From an uncultured Gammaproteobacteria bacterium (GTDB taxonomy: Bacteria > Pseudomonadota > Gammaproteobacteria > Steroidobacterales > Rariloculaceae): a stretch of 64,000 nt of DNA. Within the stretch, counting starts at the first letter, position 1. Each line of letters starts with the position of its first letter. A program made the translations under genes and the position numbers. Location: NCBI GenBank assembly GCA_963748045.1, contig CAVVIC010000004.1, positions 212,775 through 276,774 on the forward strand, in the 5' to 3' direction. Below the pieces are notes generated by a model. The model did no database searches, was not told the DNA's origin, and worked only from the letters and a program-made list of their open reading frames with translations. This document shows, in pieces, positions 9,612 to 18,410 of this stretch.

Positions 9612-10402
9612 TCCTCAACAGTGTCTCGCGATTTTCCGTGCTGTGCCTGCTCGCGGTGGCCGGCGTGTCGGTGGCTCAGACCGCCAGCGAAAAAGCGCCC
9701 GGTGTTGGCACTGTGCCGCGTCTCGCGGATGGCCATCCCGATCTCTCGGGCGTGTGGTGGGGCGGGGCCGACATCGGTGCGCGGGGCTCGCGGCCGCCAG
9801 GGCCACCCGCGGCCGGAACGCCGCGTCCCGTCACGTTCACGAGCCTGTATCAACCGTCGGTCGCGGCCAAAGCCGCCACGCTGAGCGACAAGGACGACCC
9901 GACGTTGAAATGTGTGTCGACCGCGTTCGGCACGCTGAACGTGCGGCTCTGGAACGTGGGTGCCGTAGGCCAGATCGTCGCGACGCCGAAGATGGTCGTG
10001 CTGCTATCGGAGACGTTCCATGACTTCCAACTCGTCCCGACGGACGGTCGGCCGCATCGCGACGACCAGCCGCCGACCTACCGCGGCGACGCTGTCGGGC
10101 GTTGGGACGGCGACACGTTCGTCGTGGACGTCACGAACTTCACCGACGACACGTGGATGTCTGCCGAGGGGCGCGTCTCGCCGCATTCGGATGCGTTGCA
10201 CATCGTCGAGCGTTATCGCCGAGTCGATGCGAACACGCTCGAGATCGACGCTACCGTCAACGATCCCAAAGTTCTGACGGGACCGTGGGTGTTGCCGAAA
10301 CGCACGCTGACGCTGGCGCCGTTCGACGCGATCCTGTCGCTGAACTGTGCGACCGATGAAGCAGACGCGATGATCCGCAGCGCGAGCCAGAAAACAAACT
10401 AG
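9608..10402 (+). CDS. Secreted hypothetical protein, translationally coupled to the DUF6152 gene
   Basis: 264 aa, intact, ATGA overlap at 9608-9611, signal peptide LLAVAGVSVAQT. Conserved-looking blocks GHPDLSGVWWGG, YRGDAVGRWDGDTFVVDVTNFTDDTWM and PHSDALHIVERYRRVD. No family name recognised. Confidence 0.65.
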   Translation: MILNSVSRFSVLCLLAVAGVSVAQTASEKAPGVGTVPRLADGHPDLSGVWWGGADIGARGSRPPGPPAAGTPRPVTFTSLYQPSVAAKAATLSDKDDPTLKCVSTAFGTLNVRLWNVGAVGQIVATPKMVVLLSETFHDFQLVPTDGRPHRDDQPPTYRGDAVGRWDGDTFVVDVTNFTDDTWMSAEGRVSPHSDALHIVERYRRVDANTLEIDATVNDPKVLTGPWVLPKRTLTLAPFDAILSLNCATDEADAMIRSASQKTN

Positions 10403-10527
10403 GCGATGTTTTCCAACGCCAGTGGGCGAAAGCGGCTATAGTGCCGGGGTTCCCTATCGCTTCTAACGAGCCTGCGGGCATGGTGCCTTCATCCTCTTTT
10501 AGGCGAAAGCTATCTGAGGAGATAACC

Positions 10528-10869
10528 ATGGGCAGGAAACTTTACGTCGGCAATTTGCCGTATTCCGCAACCGAACAGTCACTGCGCGAAGCATTCGCTG
10601 CGAGCGGCACGGTCGATTCCGTCAGCTTGATTACCGATCGCGACAGCGGCCAGAGCAAGGGCTTCGGCTTCGTCGAGATGGCTACGGATCAGGAGGCGCA
10701 AGCCGCCACGCAGGCGATGAACGGGCAGACGCTCGACGGTCGCCAGATCAAGGTCAACGAAGCCAAGCCCAAGGGCTCGGGCGGCGGTGGCGGTGGCGGT
10801 GGCGGTCGCGGCAACGGCGGCGCCTTCGGCGGCGGTGGTGGCTACGGTGGCGGCGGCGGCCGTTACTAG
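10528..10869 (+). CDS. RRM-type RNA-binding protein with Gly/Arg-rich tail
   Basis: 113 aa, GAGGAG upstream. RNP2 KLYVGNL and RNP1 KGFGFVEM. Tail GSGGGGGGGGGRGNGGAFGGGGGYGGGGGRY. Confidence 0.9.
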   Translation: MGRKLYVGNLPYSATEQSLREAFAASGTVDSVSLITDRDSGQSKGFGFVEMATDQEAQAATQAMNGQTLDGRQIKVNEAKPKGSGGGGGGGGGRGNGGAFGGGGGYGGGGGRY

Positions 10870-10897
10870 CACTCGCTCTTTCGCTCGCTGAAATCGG

Positions 10898-10926
10898 CGG
10901 GCAGCGTCAAACGCTGCCCGTCGTTT
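10898..10926 (+). terminator. Rho-independent terminator after the RRM gene
   Basis: Stem CGGGCAGCG (10898-10906), loop TCAAA, stem CGCTGCCCG (10912-10920), then TCGTTT. Confidence 0.65.
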
Positions 10927-11025
10927 AGCGCCGCGACCCAGTCGCTGCGTCCCCCTCTCTCTCGTCATCCCGCCTGCGGCTCTAGCCGTCGCGCGCGAGC
11001 CCTGTTGAGATCCAGAGGTGATCCA

Positions 11026-11181
11026 ATGCCCAAGCAGAACCTGAAGACGCAAGCGAAACGTCAGCGCGAGTTCGCCAAGCAAGATAAGCGCCGCGCCAAG
11101 GACGAGAAGCGCGCGTTGCGCAAGGCGGAAAACCGCGTGGAGTCTGCCGGTGACGCCGCGTCTGCGGCGCCGAACAAGTAG
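11026..11181 (+). CDS. Small basic Lys/Arg/Glu-rich protein (51 aa), hypothetical
   Basis: Not in the ORF track (under 60 aa). ATG 11026 is preceded by GAGGTGA. Sequence MPKQNLKTQAKRQREFAKQDKRRAKDEKRALRKAENRVESAGDAASAAPNK, TAG at 11179-11181. Confidence 0.4.
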   Translation: MPKQNLKTQAKRQREFAKQDKRRAKDEKRALRKAENRVESAGDAASAAPNK

Positions 11182-11201
11182 CCGCTACCCTTGCGGGGGC
11201 G

Positions 11202-11456
11202 TTACTTTCGCTGCGGTGTGGCGGTTCGGACGGTGACGCGCCAGCCGTCGTAGGGCTGGCCGTTGAGCGTCGTGATTGCGTCGGTCGCCTGTGCCGGCGT
11301 TTCCATTTCGACGAACGCGTAGCCGAGGCTTAAGCCGGTGATGCGGTCGGTGATGAGCTTCACGCCCACCACGTTGCCGTGCTCGGAGAATTTCGTGGAA
11401 AGTCTCGACTCGGTGGCCGAGGGCGGCAGATTGCCGATGTAGAGCTTCCTGCTCAC
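11202..11456 (-). CDS. RRM-type RNA-binding protein
   Basis: 84 aa from GTG 11456 (GTGA overlap with the upstream stop). RNP2 KLYIGNL and RNP1 LGYAFVEM. Confidence 0.8.
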   Translation of the reverse strand: MSRKLYIGNLPPSATESRLSTKFSEHGNVVGVKLITDRITGLSLGYAFVEMETPAQATDAITTLNGQPYDGWRVTVRTATPQRK

Positions 11457-11758
11457 GTGCGGCTTTGCGGCGCAGCAGGCGGCCGGCTCGGTTTCAGATC
11501 TACGCGGCCCCGCTTGCCGACGCGCCGCTCGTTGAGCGCCGCCACGATGTTCTCGACTCCGACTGTGACGTCTGCGAGATCGCCGCGCCTGTACCCATTG
11601 ATCAGGTTCGTGCCCTGCGCGATGCAGTACGCGAACCAGTCCTGGCCCGCGCTGCCGCTCGGTGCAGCCGTCGAACGAATGGAGACGATGCGAAATCCGT
11701 TTTCGATGGCCCCGGCCCCGTTGCCGGCGGTAGGCGTGCTGGGAGGCGAGGCGCTCAA
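11453..11758 (-). CDS. Hypothetical 101-aa protein sandwiched between two RRM genes
   Basis: TTG start in a TTGA overlap with the upstream stop; its own stop overlaps the downstream GTG. Third codon positions are mostly G/C, like neighbouring genes. Text FRIVSIRSTAAPSGSAGQDWFAYCIAQGTNLINGYRRGDLADVTVGVENIVAALNERR looks protein-like. No family name recognised. Confidence 0.55.
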   Translation of the reverse strand: MSASPPSTPTAGNGAGAIENGFRIVSIRSTAAPSGSAGQDWFAYCIAQGTNLINGYRRGDLADVTVGVENIVAALNERRVGKRGRVDLKPSRPPAAPQSRT

Positions 11759-12018
11759 TGGCGGGCCGACGCGGCCGCGACCGCTCTGTAGACCGAGATG
11801 AGGCGGCCGTCATAGTCCGCGAGGTTCAGCCCGTTGATCGCGATCTGGGCCTCTGCCGATGTCTTCATCTCTACGAACCCCGAGCGCTTGCTGTGGCCAG
11901 TGGCGGTATCGCGGTTCAGTTTCGCCGAAATGACCGTCCCGAACCGGGCGAACTTCGTGACGAGCGAATCCTCCGTGGCCGATATCGGCAGATTGCTCAC
12001 GAAAAGCATCGTGCTCAC
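11755..12018 (-). CDS. RRM-type RNA-binding protein
   Basis: 87 aa. RNP2 MLFVSNL and RNP1 RSGFVEM. First gene of a three-gene overlapping operon. Confidence 0.8.
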   Translation of the reverse strand: MSTMLFVSNLPISATEDSLVTKFARFGTVISAKLNRDTATGHSKRSGFVEMKTSAEAQIAINGLNLADYDGRLISVYRAVAAASARH

Positions 12019-12167
12019 TCGCGGTTCCTTTGGTGGGGAGACGCCAGGAGAGACACCCGGCTCGGGCCACTATAGCCCAGAACGCACTGCCCCGTCGGAC
12101 TTTCGGGCGCGAAATGACGCGCACCCCGCAGCGCGAGCGCGGGTGCGGGGCCGAGGTTAGTGCGCGA

Positions 12168-13010
12168 TCAGCGCTTCAGGCTCTGATACGAGAAACGCGT
12201 GAAGTTCTCGGCGTTCATGAAGCCCGTGCCCCACTGCGCGTCGAACTCGGCCGTGGGCTTTGCCGCCAGCACTTCGTCCTCGGACTTGCCCTGATCGACC
12301 AGCGTTTTGATGTTGGCGCGCACTTTCACGAGCATGTCGTGGTAGCGCTGGATGTCGCTGCGGTTCGCGAGCGCGCCGTGGCCCGGGATGATCTTCGTGC
12401 TCGCGTCGCTGCGTGCGATCACGGCTTCGGATGCGCCGATGATGCCGTCGAGCGAGCCGTTGCTGCTCAAATCGATGAACGGATACTGGTCCTTCACGAA
12501 CGTGTCGCCGGTGTGAATCACGTTCGCGTTCGTGAAGTGCACGATCGAATCGCCGTCCGTGTGCGCCGGGTTCACGTGAACGACGTTCACGGTGTTGCCG
12601 TTCCAATGGAACGTCGCGCGTGTCGGGAACGTGACGGTCGGCAGTGCGGCCGCGGGTGAGGGCGGGATCTTCTGGTTGAACGCCGCCATGAACTGCTCGC
12701 TGCTCATGCGCACGCGCACGTTGTTGTGCGCGATGATCTGCGCGCCGGCTTTGCCGAGCGGCTCGTTGCCGCCCGTGTGGTCGCCGTGCCAGTGCGTGTT
12801 GACGACGAACTTCACCGCGCCGCCGCCGGCCGCCTTGACCGCCGCGAGGATCTTCGCGTTCAGGGGCGCGTACTCCGTATCGACGAGCACCGCGCCGTCG
12901 GGCCCGATGGAGAGCGCCATGTTGCCGCCCGAGCCCATCAGCATGAACAGGCCGGGTGCCAGCTGCTGAGTTTCGATCTTGACCACCGAGAAGTCCTGCT
13001 GCTGCGCCAT
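12168..13010 (-). CDS. MBL-fold metallo-hydrolase (periplasmic paralog 1)
   Basis: 280 aa. Carries VVNTHWHGDHTGGN (HxHxDH), PAHTDGDS, IIPGHGAL and C-terminal AKPTAEFDAQWG. A signal-peptide-like KLLGSALALAA lies just upstream in another frame, so the true N terminus may extend beyond 13010. Confidence 0.8.
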   Translation of the reverse strand: MAQQQDFSVVKIETQQLAPGLFMLMGSGGNMALSIGPDGAVLVDTEYAPLNAKILAAVKAAGGGAVKFVVNTHWHGDHTGGNEPLGKAGAQIIAHNNVRVRMSSEQFMAAFNQKIPPSPAAALPTVTFPTRATFHWNGNTVNVVHVNPAHTDGDSIVHFTNANVIHTGDTFVKDQYPFIDLSSNGSLDGIIGASEAVIARSDASTKIIPGHGALANRSDIQRYHDMLVKVRANIKTLVDQGKSEDEVLAAKPTAEFDAQWGTGFMNAENFTRFSYQSLKR

Positions 13011-13264
13011 GACGGGCGCAGCGAGCAGCCAAGGCCAGAGCGGAGCCGAGCAGCTTAGTGTTGAGTGAGCACGCCGTTACCCCCAGAGATGTCTGTTGTC
13101 GTTCGAGCGGACGCGAGGCGGCCATCATATAGCCGCGCCGCCGCGGGGTGCCAGCCTCGTGCGGTCGACACCGTTGCCAGCGATCGCGACGGCAGAGCAT
13201 GCTTGCAAGCGTGCCGCTGCGGCCCCACCTACGGGAGCCCGGCTCACAACCACAGGAGTTTCGC

Positions 13265-14129
13265 ATGGCAACCCCGAGCGCCAAGGTCACGCAGAACGTA
13301 CGCGAGGTCGCGCGCAAGGTGCGCGGCCAGCCGACCAGCGACGGCGCCGGCGTGCGCATGACGCGCGTGATCGGCTCGCAGATCCTCGATTCGTTCGATC
13401 CGTTCCTGCTGCTCGACGAGTTCCGATCGGACGACCCGAACGACTACATCGGCGGCTTCCCGGACCACCCGCACCGCGGCTTCGAGACGGTCACGTACAT
13501 GCTGGCGGGCCGAATGCGCCACGGCGACAACCAGGGCAACAGCGGTCTGCTCGGCCCCGGCAGCATCCAGTGGATGACCGCCGGCCGCGGCATCGTGCAC
13601 TCCGAGATCCCGGAGCAGCAGGAAGGCCTGATGTGGGGCTTCCAGCTGTGGGTCAATCTGCCGCGCACGGACAAGATGACGAAGCCGCGCTATCAGGACG
13701 TGCAGGGCGACAAGATCCCCGAGATCGAGCTCGGCCCGGGCGCACGCGCGCGCGTGCTGGTCGGCACCGTGAACGGCACGTCGGGCCCGGTCGACGAACG
13801 TCGCGACCGAGCCGGTCTACTTCGACCTGCACCTCGAGCCGAACGCGAGCTACACGGCGGAGCTGCCGCCGGGTCACAACGCGTTCGCGTACGTGTATCA
13901 GGGCGACGCGAAGATCGGCGCCGCGAGCACTGCGATTGCGCGCGGCGAGCTCGCGCTGCTGACGCAGGGCGCATCGCTACCGGTGACGGCCGGCAGCGCG
14001 GGCGCGCGGCTGATCGTCGTCGCGGCTCGCCCGTTGAACGAGCCGGTCGCTCGCTACGGCCCGTTCGTCATGAACACGCCCGACGAGATCCGCCAGGCGT
14101 TCGCCGACTACCAGGCCGGCCGCCTTTGA
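13265..14129 (+). pseudogene. Pirin-family protein, one frame shift near 13795
   Basis: N-terminal cupin FPDHPHRGFETVTYMLAGRMRHGDNQGNSG..WMTAGRGIVHSE. After the shift: ATEPVYFDLHLEPNASYTAELPPGHNAFAYVYQG..GPFVMNTPDEIRQAFADYQAGRL. Confidence 0.85.
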
Positions 14130-14137
14130 AGACGGTG

Positions 14138-14175
14138 CAAGGCCTGGCACCGTGCTCAAGGCCTGGCACCGTGCT
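14138..14175. repeat. 19-bp perfect tandem duplication CAAGGCCTGGCACCGTGCT x2
   Basis: Copies at 14138-14156 and 14157-14175, in the 45-nt gap between the convergent pirin and yqjG genes. Contains the hairpin CGGTGC-N8-GCACCG. Confidence 0.9.
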
Positions 14176-15155
14176 CAGAGACGGTCGCGGTGGTGGGGCG
14201 CCAGGTAGTCGAGCGCGGGGCCGATCGGGATGATGCGCGACGGATTCAGATTCGCATGGCTGCCGTAGTAGTGCGCTTTGATGAAGTCGATGTGCACCGT
14301 CGATGCGATGCCCGGTAGCTGGTAGATGTCGCGCACGAAACCCCAGAGGTTCGGGTAGTCGACGACACGCCGCAGGTTGCACTTGAAGTGCGTGTGGTAC
14401 ACGGGGTCGAAGCGGATCAGCGTCGTGAAAAGGCGAACGTCCGCTTCCGTCAGCTGCGAACCCGCGAGGTAGCGCCGTTGTCGAGAGATGCTGCTCGATA
14501 CGGTCGAGCGCAGCGAACACGCGACGTCGCCGCTTCCTCGTACGCTTCCTGCGTCGTCGCAAACCCCGCGCGGTACACGCCGTTGTTCACGTTCGGATAG
14601 ATGAACGCGTTCCACTCGTCGATCTCGGCGCGTAGCGCAGGCGGGTAGTAGTCGTTACCGTTCGCGCCCACGCTGTCGAACGCGCTGTTCAGCATGCGGA
14701 CGATCTCGGCCGACTCGTTCGACACGATCGTGCGTTCGATCTTGTCCCACAGGATCGGCACCGTCGCGCGGCCGGAGTAGTGCGGGTCCGCGAGTCGTGT
14801 AGAGCTCGTACACGCGCTGCGCGTGATTCACGTCGTCGGCGATCGTTTCGGGCCCCGGCGCGAACGTCCAGCCTTCGGCGCCCATGTAGCTGTTCGTCGC
14901 GGAGACGGAGATCAGCGCGTCGAGGCCCTTGAGCTTGCGCATGATCAGCGTGCGGTGCGCCCACGGGCACGCGAACGCGACGTACAGATGATAGCGGTCG
15001 GGCTCGGCGCGAAAGCCCGCGCGCCCCGATGCGCCGGCCGAGCCGTCGGCCGTGACCCAGTTGCGGAACTGCGATTCGCTACGGACGAACCGGCCTTGCG
15101 ACGCCTTCGTGTCGTACCAAACGTCGTGCCATGTGCCGTCGACGAGCAGTCCCAT
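14175..15155 (-). pseudogene. yqjG: Glutathionyl-hydroquinone reductase (Xi-class GST, YqjG/ECM4-like), about three frame shifts
   Basis: Near-collinear with my recollection of E. coli YqjG: MGLLVDGTWHDVWYDTKASQGRFVRSESQFRNWV, DRYHLYVAFACPWAHRTLIMRKLKGL, PILWDKIERTIVSNESAEIVRMLN, RYLAGSQLTEADVRLFTTLIRFDPVYHTHFKCN. Frame hand-offs near 14780, 14530 and 14495. Confidence 0.85.
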
Positions 15156-15218
15156 CGCGCCTACCTCACTTTCGTCACAGCATGATACCGTTGCCGCAGC
15201 TTTTGCGGACCGGCGTGG

Positions 15219-16301
15219 ATGTTCAAGACCATCGGATCGTTGTTCGTGTCGGTCGCGCTCGTGTGCGCGGCGTCCGGCGCGCGCGCCGCCGGCGGCGACG
15301 AGCACACGATCAAGCTGACCGTCGCGTCGAGCCAGTCCACGAGTCTGGCCTGGGTCGGCACGATGCACACGCTGATCGTGCCGGAGCTCAATCGCCGGCT
15401 CGAGGCGCGCGGTAGCGCGTACCACATCCGCTGGACCGAGGCTTACGGCGGCTCGCTGTACAAGTACCCCGACACGCTCGAGGCCATCGACATCGGCCTG
15501 GCCGACATGGGCTGGGTCGGCACGTTGTGGGAGCTCTCGAAGCTGCCGCTCCAGAACGTCACCTATTACGCGCCGTTCGTCAGCGACGACTTCCGCACTG
15601 CCGTCGACGTGCTGAACGAGCTGCACCGCACCGTGCCCGCGATGACGGACGCGTGGACAGCGCAGAACGTCCACTTCCTCGGCGCGAGCGCGCTCGACAC
15701 GTATCACCTGCTGACGAAGTTCCCGGTGCGCAGCGTCGCGGATTTGCGCGGCCGCAAGATTCTCGCGCCGGGCCCGTCAGCTTCGTGGCTCGAGGGCACG
15801 GGCGCGGTGGCCGTCGACGGCAGCCTCACGACGTACTACGAGCAGATCCAGACCGGCGTCGCGGACGGCGTGATCACGATCTTGACGGGCGCCGCGCCGA
15901 ACCGGCTGCACGAGGTCGCGCCGTATATCACGCTCGTGGGGTTCGGCAGCCAGGTGACCGGCGCGCTCGCCATCAATCTCGACACGTGGAACCGCTTGCC
16001 GCCGGACGTGCGCGCCGTGCTCGACGAGCTTGGGCCCGAATACAGCAAGGCGGTGGCCGACGAGATCAGCAAGCGTTACGACACGAGCCTCGCGCGTATG
16101 CAGAAAGAGGGTGCGACGGTCACGGAGCTGCCGCTTGCGGAAAAACAGAAGTGGCTCGCGGCGATGCCGGACATCGCGACCAGGTGGGTCGCGGCCACCG
16201 AACGGCGCGGCGTACCGGCCGGCGACGTGCTGCGCGCGTACATGAACGCCATGCGCGCGCACGGCATTCAGCCGCTGCGCGACTGGGATCGCCCGCAGTA
16301 G
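15219..16301 (+). CDS. dctP: TRAP transporter substrate-binding protein (DctP family)
   Basis: 360 aa, intact, with signal peptide. Immediately upstream of the TRAP permease. Length and layout fit the DctP family. Confidence 0.8.
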   Translation: MFKTIGSLFVSVALVCAASGARAAGGDEHTIKLTVASSQSTSLAWVGTMHTLIVPELNRRLEARGSAYHIRWTEAYGGSLYKYPDTLEAIDIGLADMGWVGTLWELSKLPLQNVTYYAPFVSDDFRTAVDVLNELHRTVPAMTDAWTAQNVHFLGASALDTYHLLTKFPVRSVADLRGRKILAPGPSASWLEGTGAVAVDGSLTTYYEQIQTGVADGVITILTGAAPNRLHEVAPYITLVGFGSQVTGALAINLDTWNRLPPDVRAVLDELGPEYSKAVADEISKRYDTSLARMQKEGATVTELPLAEKQKWLAAMPDIATRWVAATERRGVPAGDVLRAYMNAMRAHGIQPLRDWDRPQ

Positions 16302-16308
16302 CTGGCGC

Positions 16309-18222
16309 ATGGGCGTGCAGGCACCTTCCACTCCTCTCGGGCGCACGTTCGCCACGCTCGTGACGTTGCTGAACGGCGCCGGCGTTGTCTGGATCTTCGC
16401 GCTGATGTTCCTGATCACGGCGGACATCGTCGGCCGCGCGGCGTTCAGTCACCCGATTGCGGGCGTCACGGAGATGGTGTCGCTGTCGCTCGTCGCCTGC
16501 GTGTTCCTGCAGCTTGGCCACGCGGTGCTGCGCGGCCGACTCATGCGGGTCGAGATGGTCGTCGAGCCGCTCGCGCGGCGCCGGCCTTCTGTGGCGGCCG
16601 CGTGGCAGGCAGTGCTCGCAGGCGTAGGCGTGGCGGTGCTGGTCGTCGTTGCGCGCGGCGCGTGGCCCGACTTCACGCGCGCATGGCGCACGGCCGAGTT
16701 CGCCGGCGTCGAGGGGCTGTACACGATTCCCGTGTGGCCGATCAAGCTGCTGATCGTCGCCGGCTCGGTCGTCGCGGCGCTCGAGTTGCTCCGACAACTC
16801 GTGGTTCATTCGCGTCAAACCGTGCAAGGCGGGAGCGATGCGCGTCGCTGGCTCGCGCCGCTCGCGCGTCGTCGCGGTTGCCGTGCTCGTCGCCGCGCTG
16901 TGGCAGGCCGACGTCGAGCCGCGCACGGTCGGTCTCGCGATGATCGGCCTCGTGGTCGTCACGATCTGCTCGGCATGCCGATTGCGATCGCGTTGCTGCT
17001 TTGCGGGCTGCTGGGCCTCGCGCTGATCAAGCACGATTTCGGCATCGCGACGCGCACGCTCGCACTCGCCGCCGGCGGCACGGTTTCCGACTACGTGTTC
17101 GCGACGGTGCCGCTGTTCGTGCTGATGGGGCTGTTCGTGAACGTCTCGGAGATCGGTCGCGACGCGTTCGTCGCGGCACAGCGAATCTTCGGGCGCGTCT
17201 ACGGCGGCCTGGGCGTCGCGACCGTGGCCGCGAACGCGGTGTTCGCCGCGATCACGGGCATCTCGATCGCGGCCGCCGCGATCTTCACGAAGATCGCCGT
17301 GCCCGAGATGGTGCGCCACGGCTACACGCCGAAGTTCGCCGTGGGTTTGACGGCGGGCTCGTCGTTGCTCGGCATGCTGATTCCGCCGAGCCTGCTTCTC
17401 ATTATTTATGGCGTGTTGGCCGAGGTGTCGATCGGCCGATTGTTCCTGGCCGCGGTGTTGCCCGGCATCCTGCTGGCTACGGCGTTCGCCGTCGGGGTGA
17501 TCCTGATGGCGTGGCTCATGCCCAGCTTCGTCGGCAACGTTCAGCGTGGCACCGCCACCGAGCAACAAGGTGTGCTCGCGGCGCTCGCGGGGCTTGTGCC
17601 GGTGGTCGTGCTGATCGTGCTCGTGCTCGGCGGCATCTATGGCGGCTTGTTCACGCCGACGGAGGCGGGCGCCGCCGGCGCATTCGGCGCGATGATCATC
17701 GCGCTCGTCAAACGGCGACTCGATTGGCCGAAGCTCTGGGAAGTCATCAGCGAGACCGGCCAGGTGTCGGTGTCGATCCTGTTCTTGATCATCGCGGCGA
17801 GCACCTTCAGCCGCATGCTCGCACTCTCGGAGTTGCCGCAGGACATGGCCGCGTTCATGAGTGGCACCGGGCTCGGAATGTTCGGTTTCCTGGCCGCCTA
17901 TCTCCTGCTGCTGCTCGTGCTCGGTACGCTGCTCGACTCCACGTCGATCATGCTGATCATGCTGCCTCTCGCGTTACCGATCGCGACCGCGCTCGGCGCG
18001 AACCTCGTGTGGTTCGGCGTGATCACGACGATCGCGATCGAGATCGGTTTGCTGACGCCGCCGTTCGGGTTGAGCGTGTTCGTGATCAAGGCCAGCATGA
18101 ACGACCCGCGCATAGACCTTGCGACGATCTTCCGCGGCGCGTTCCCGTTCGTGCTGATCACGCTGGCCGTCACCATCCTGCTGATGGCGTTCCCGCAGAT
18201 CAGCCTCGTGCTGCTGCGTTGA
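16309..18222 (+). CDS. TRAP transporter permease, fused DctQ-DctM (or adjacent dctQ and dctM), with an out-of-frame segment
   Basis: The DctQ-like part (LITADIVGRAAFSHPIAGVTEMVSLSLVACVFLQLGHAVLRG) and the DctM-like part (LLGMPIAIALLLCGLLGLALI to FPQISLVLLR) share one open frame. Between about 16835 and 16965 that frame is Arg-rich nonsense, while frame 2 reads a hydrophobic helix (RVVAVAVLVAALWQADVEPRTVGLAMIGLVVVT). This indicates two compensating indels. Confidence 0.65.
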   Translation: MGVQAPSTPLGRTFATLVTLLNGAGVVWIFALMFLITADIVGRAAFSHPIAGVTEMVSLSLVACVFLQLGHAVLRGRLMRVEMVVEPLARRRPSVAAAWQAVLAGVGVAVLVVVARGAWPDFTRAWRTAEFAGVEGLYTIPVWPIKLLIVAGSVVAALELLRQLVVHSRQTVQGGSDARRWLAPLARRRGCRARRRAVAGRRRAAHGRSRDDRPRGRHDLLGMPIAIALLLCGLLGLALIKHDFGIATRTLALAAGGTVSDYVFATVPLFVLMGLFVNVSEIGRDAFVAAQRIFGRVYGGLGVATVAANAVFAAITGISIAAAAIFTKIAVPEMVRHGYTPKFAVGLTAGSSLLGMLIPPSLLLIIYGVLAEVSIGRLFLAAVLPGILLATAFAVGVILMAWLMPSFVGNVQRGTATEQQGVLAALAGLVPVVVLIVLVLGGIYGGLFTPTEAGAAGAFGAMIIALVKRRLDWPKLWEVISETGQVSVSILFLIIAASTFSRMLALSELPQDMAAFMSGTGLGMFGFLAAYLLLLLVLGTLLDSTSIMLIMLPLALPIATALGANLVWFGVITTIAIEIGLLTPPFGLSVFVIKASMNDPRIDLATIFRGAFPFVLITLAVTILLMAFPQISLVLLR

Positions 18223-18410
18223 ACCCCCGCGTCAGTTCGTGACTGGCCCGCCGTGCGCGGCCGCGATCTCTGGTGGGCGCGCGCCCACGCCGCGGGTTTC
18301 GGCGCATGGCGTTGCCGCGGCCGGCTTGCCTGGGGGACGAATTCGTGCAGACAATCGCGGCACGCGAACCGCAGACGCGGGCGCGACACCTGCAACGGGG
18401 GAATCGAAGA

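Noticed and set aside
10783-10860. GGC/GGT-rich repeat as a non-coding microsatellite
   Set aside because: It lies in frame inside the RRM gene and encodes the Gly-rich tail. It may be slippage-prone, but it is explained by the CDS.
16120-17568. 482-aa minus-strand ORF antisense to the TRAP permease
   Set aside because: Same GC-driven antisense artefact: Arg/His/Asp/Gln runs with no recognisable domain.
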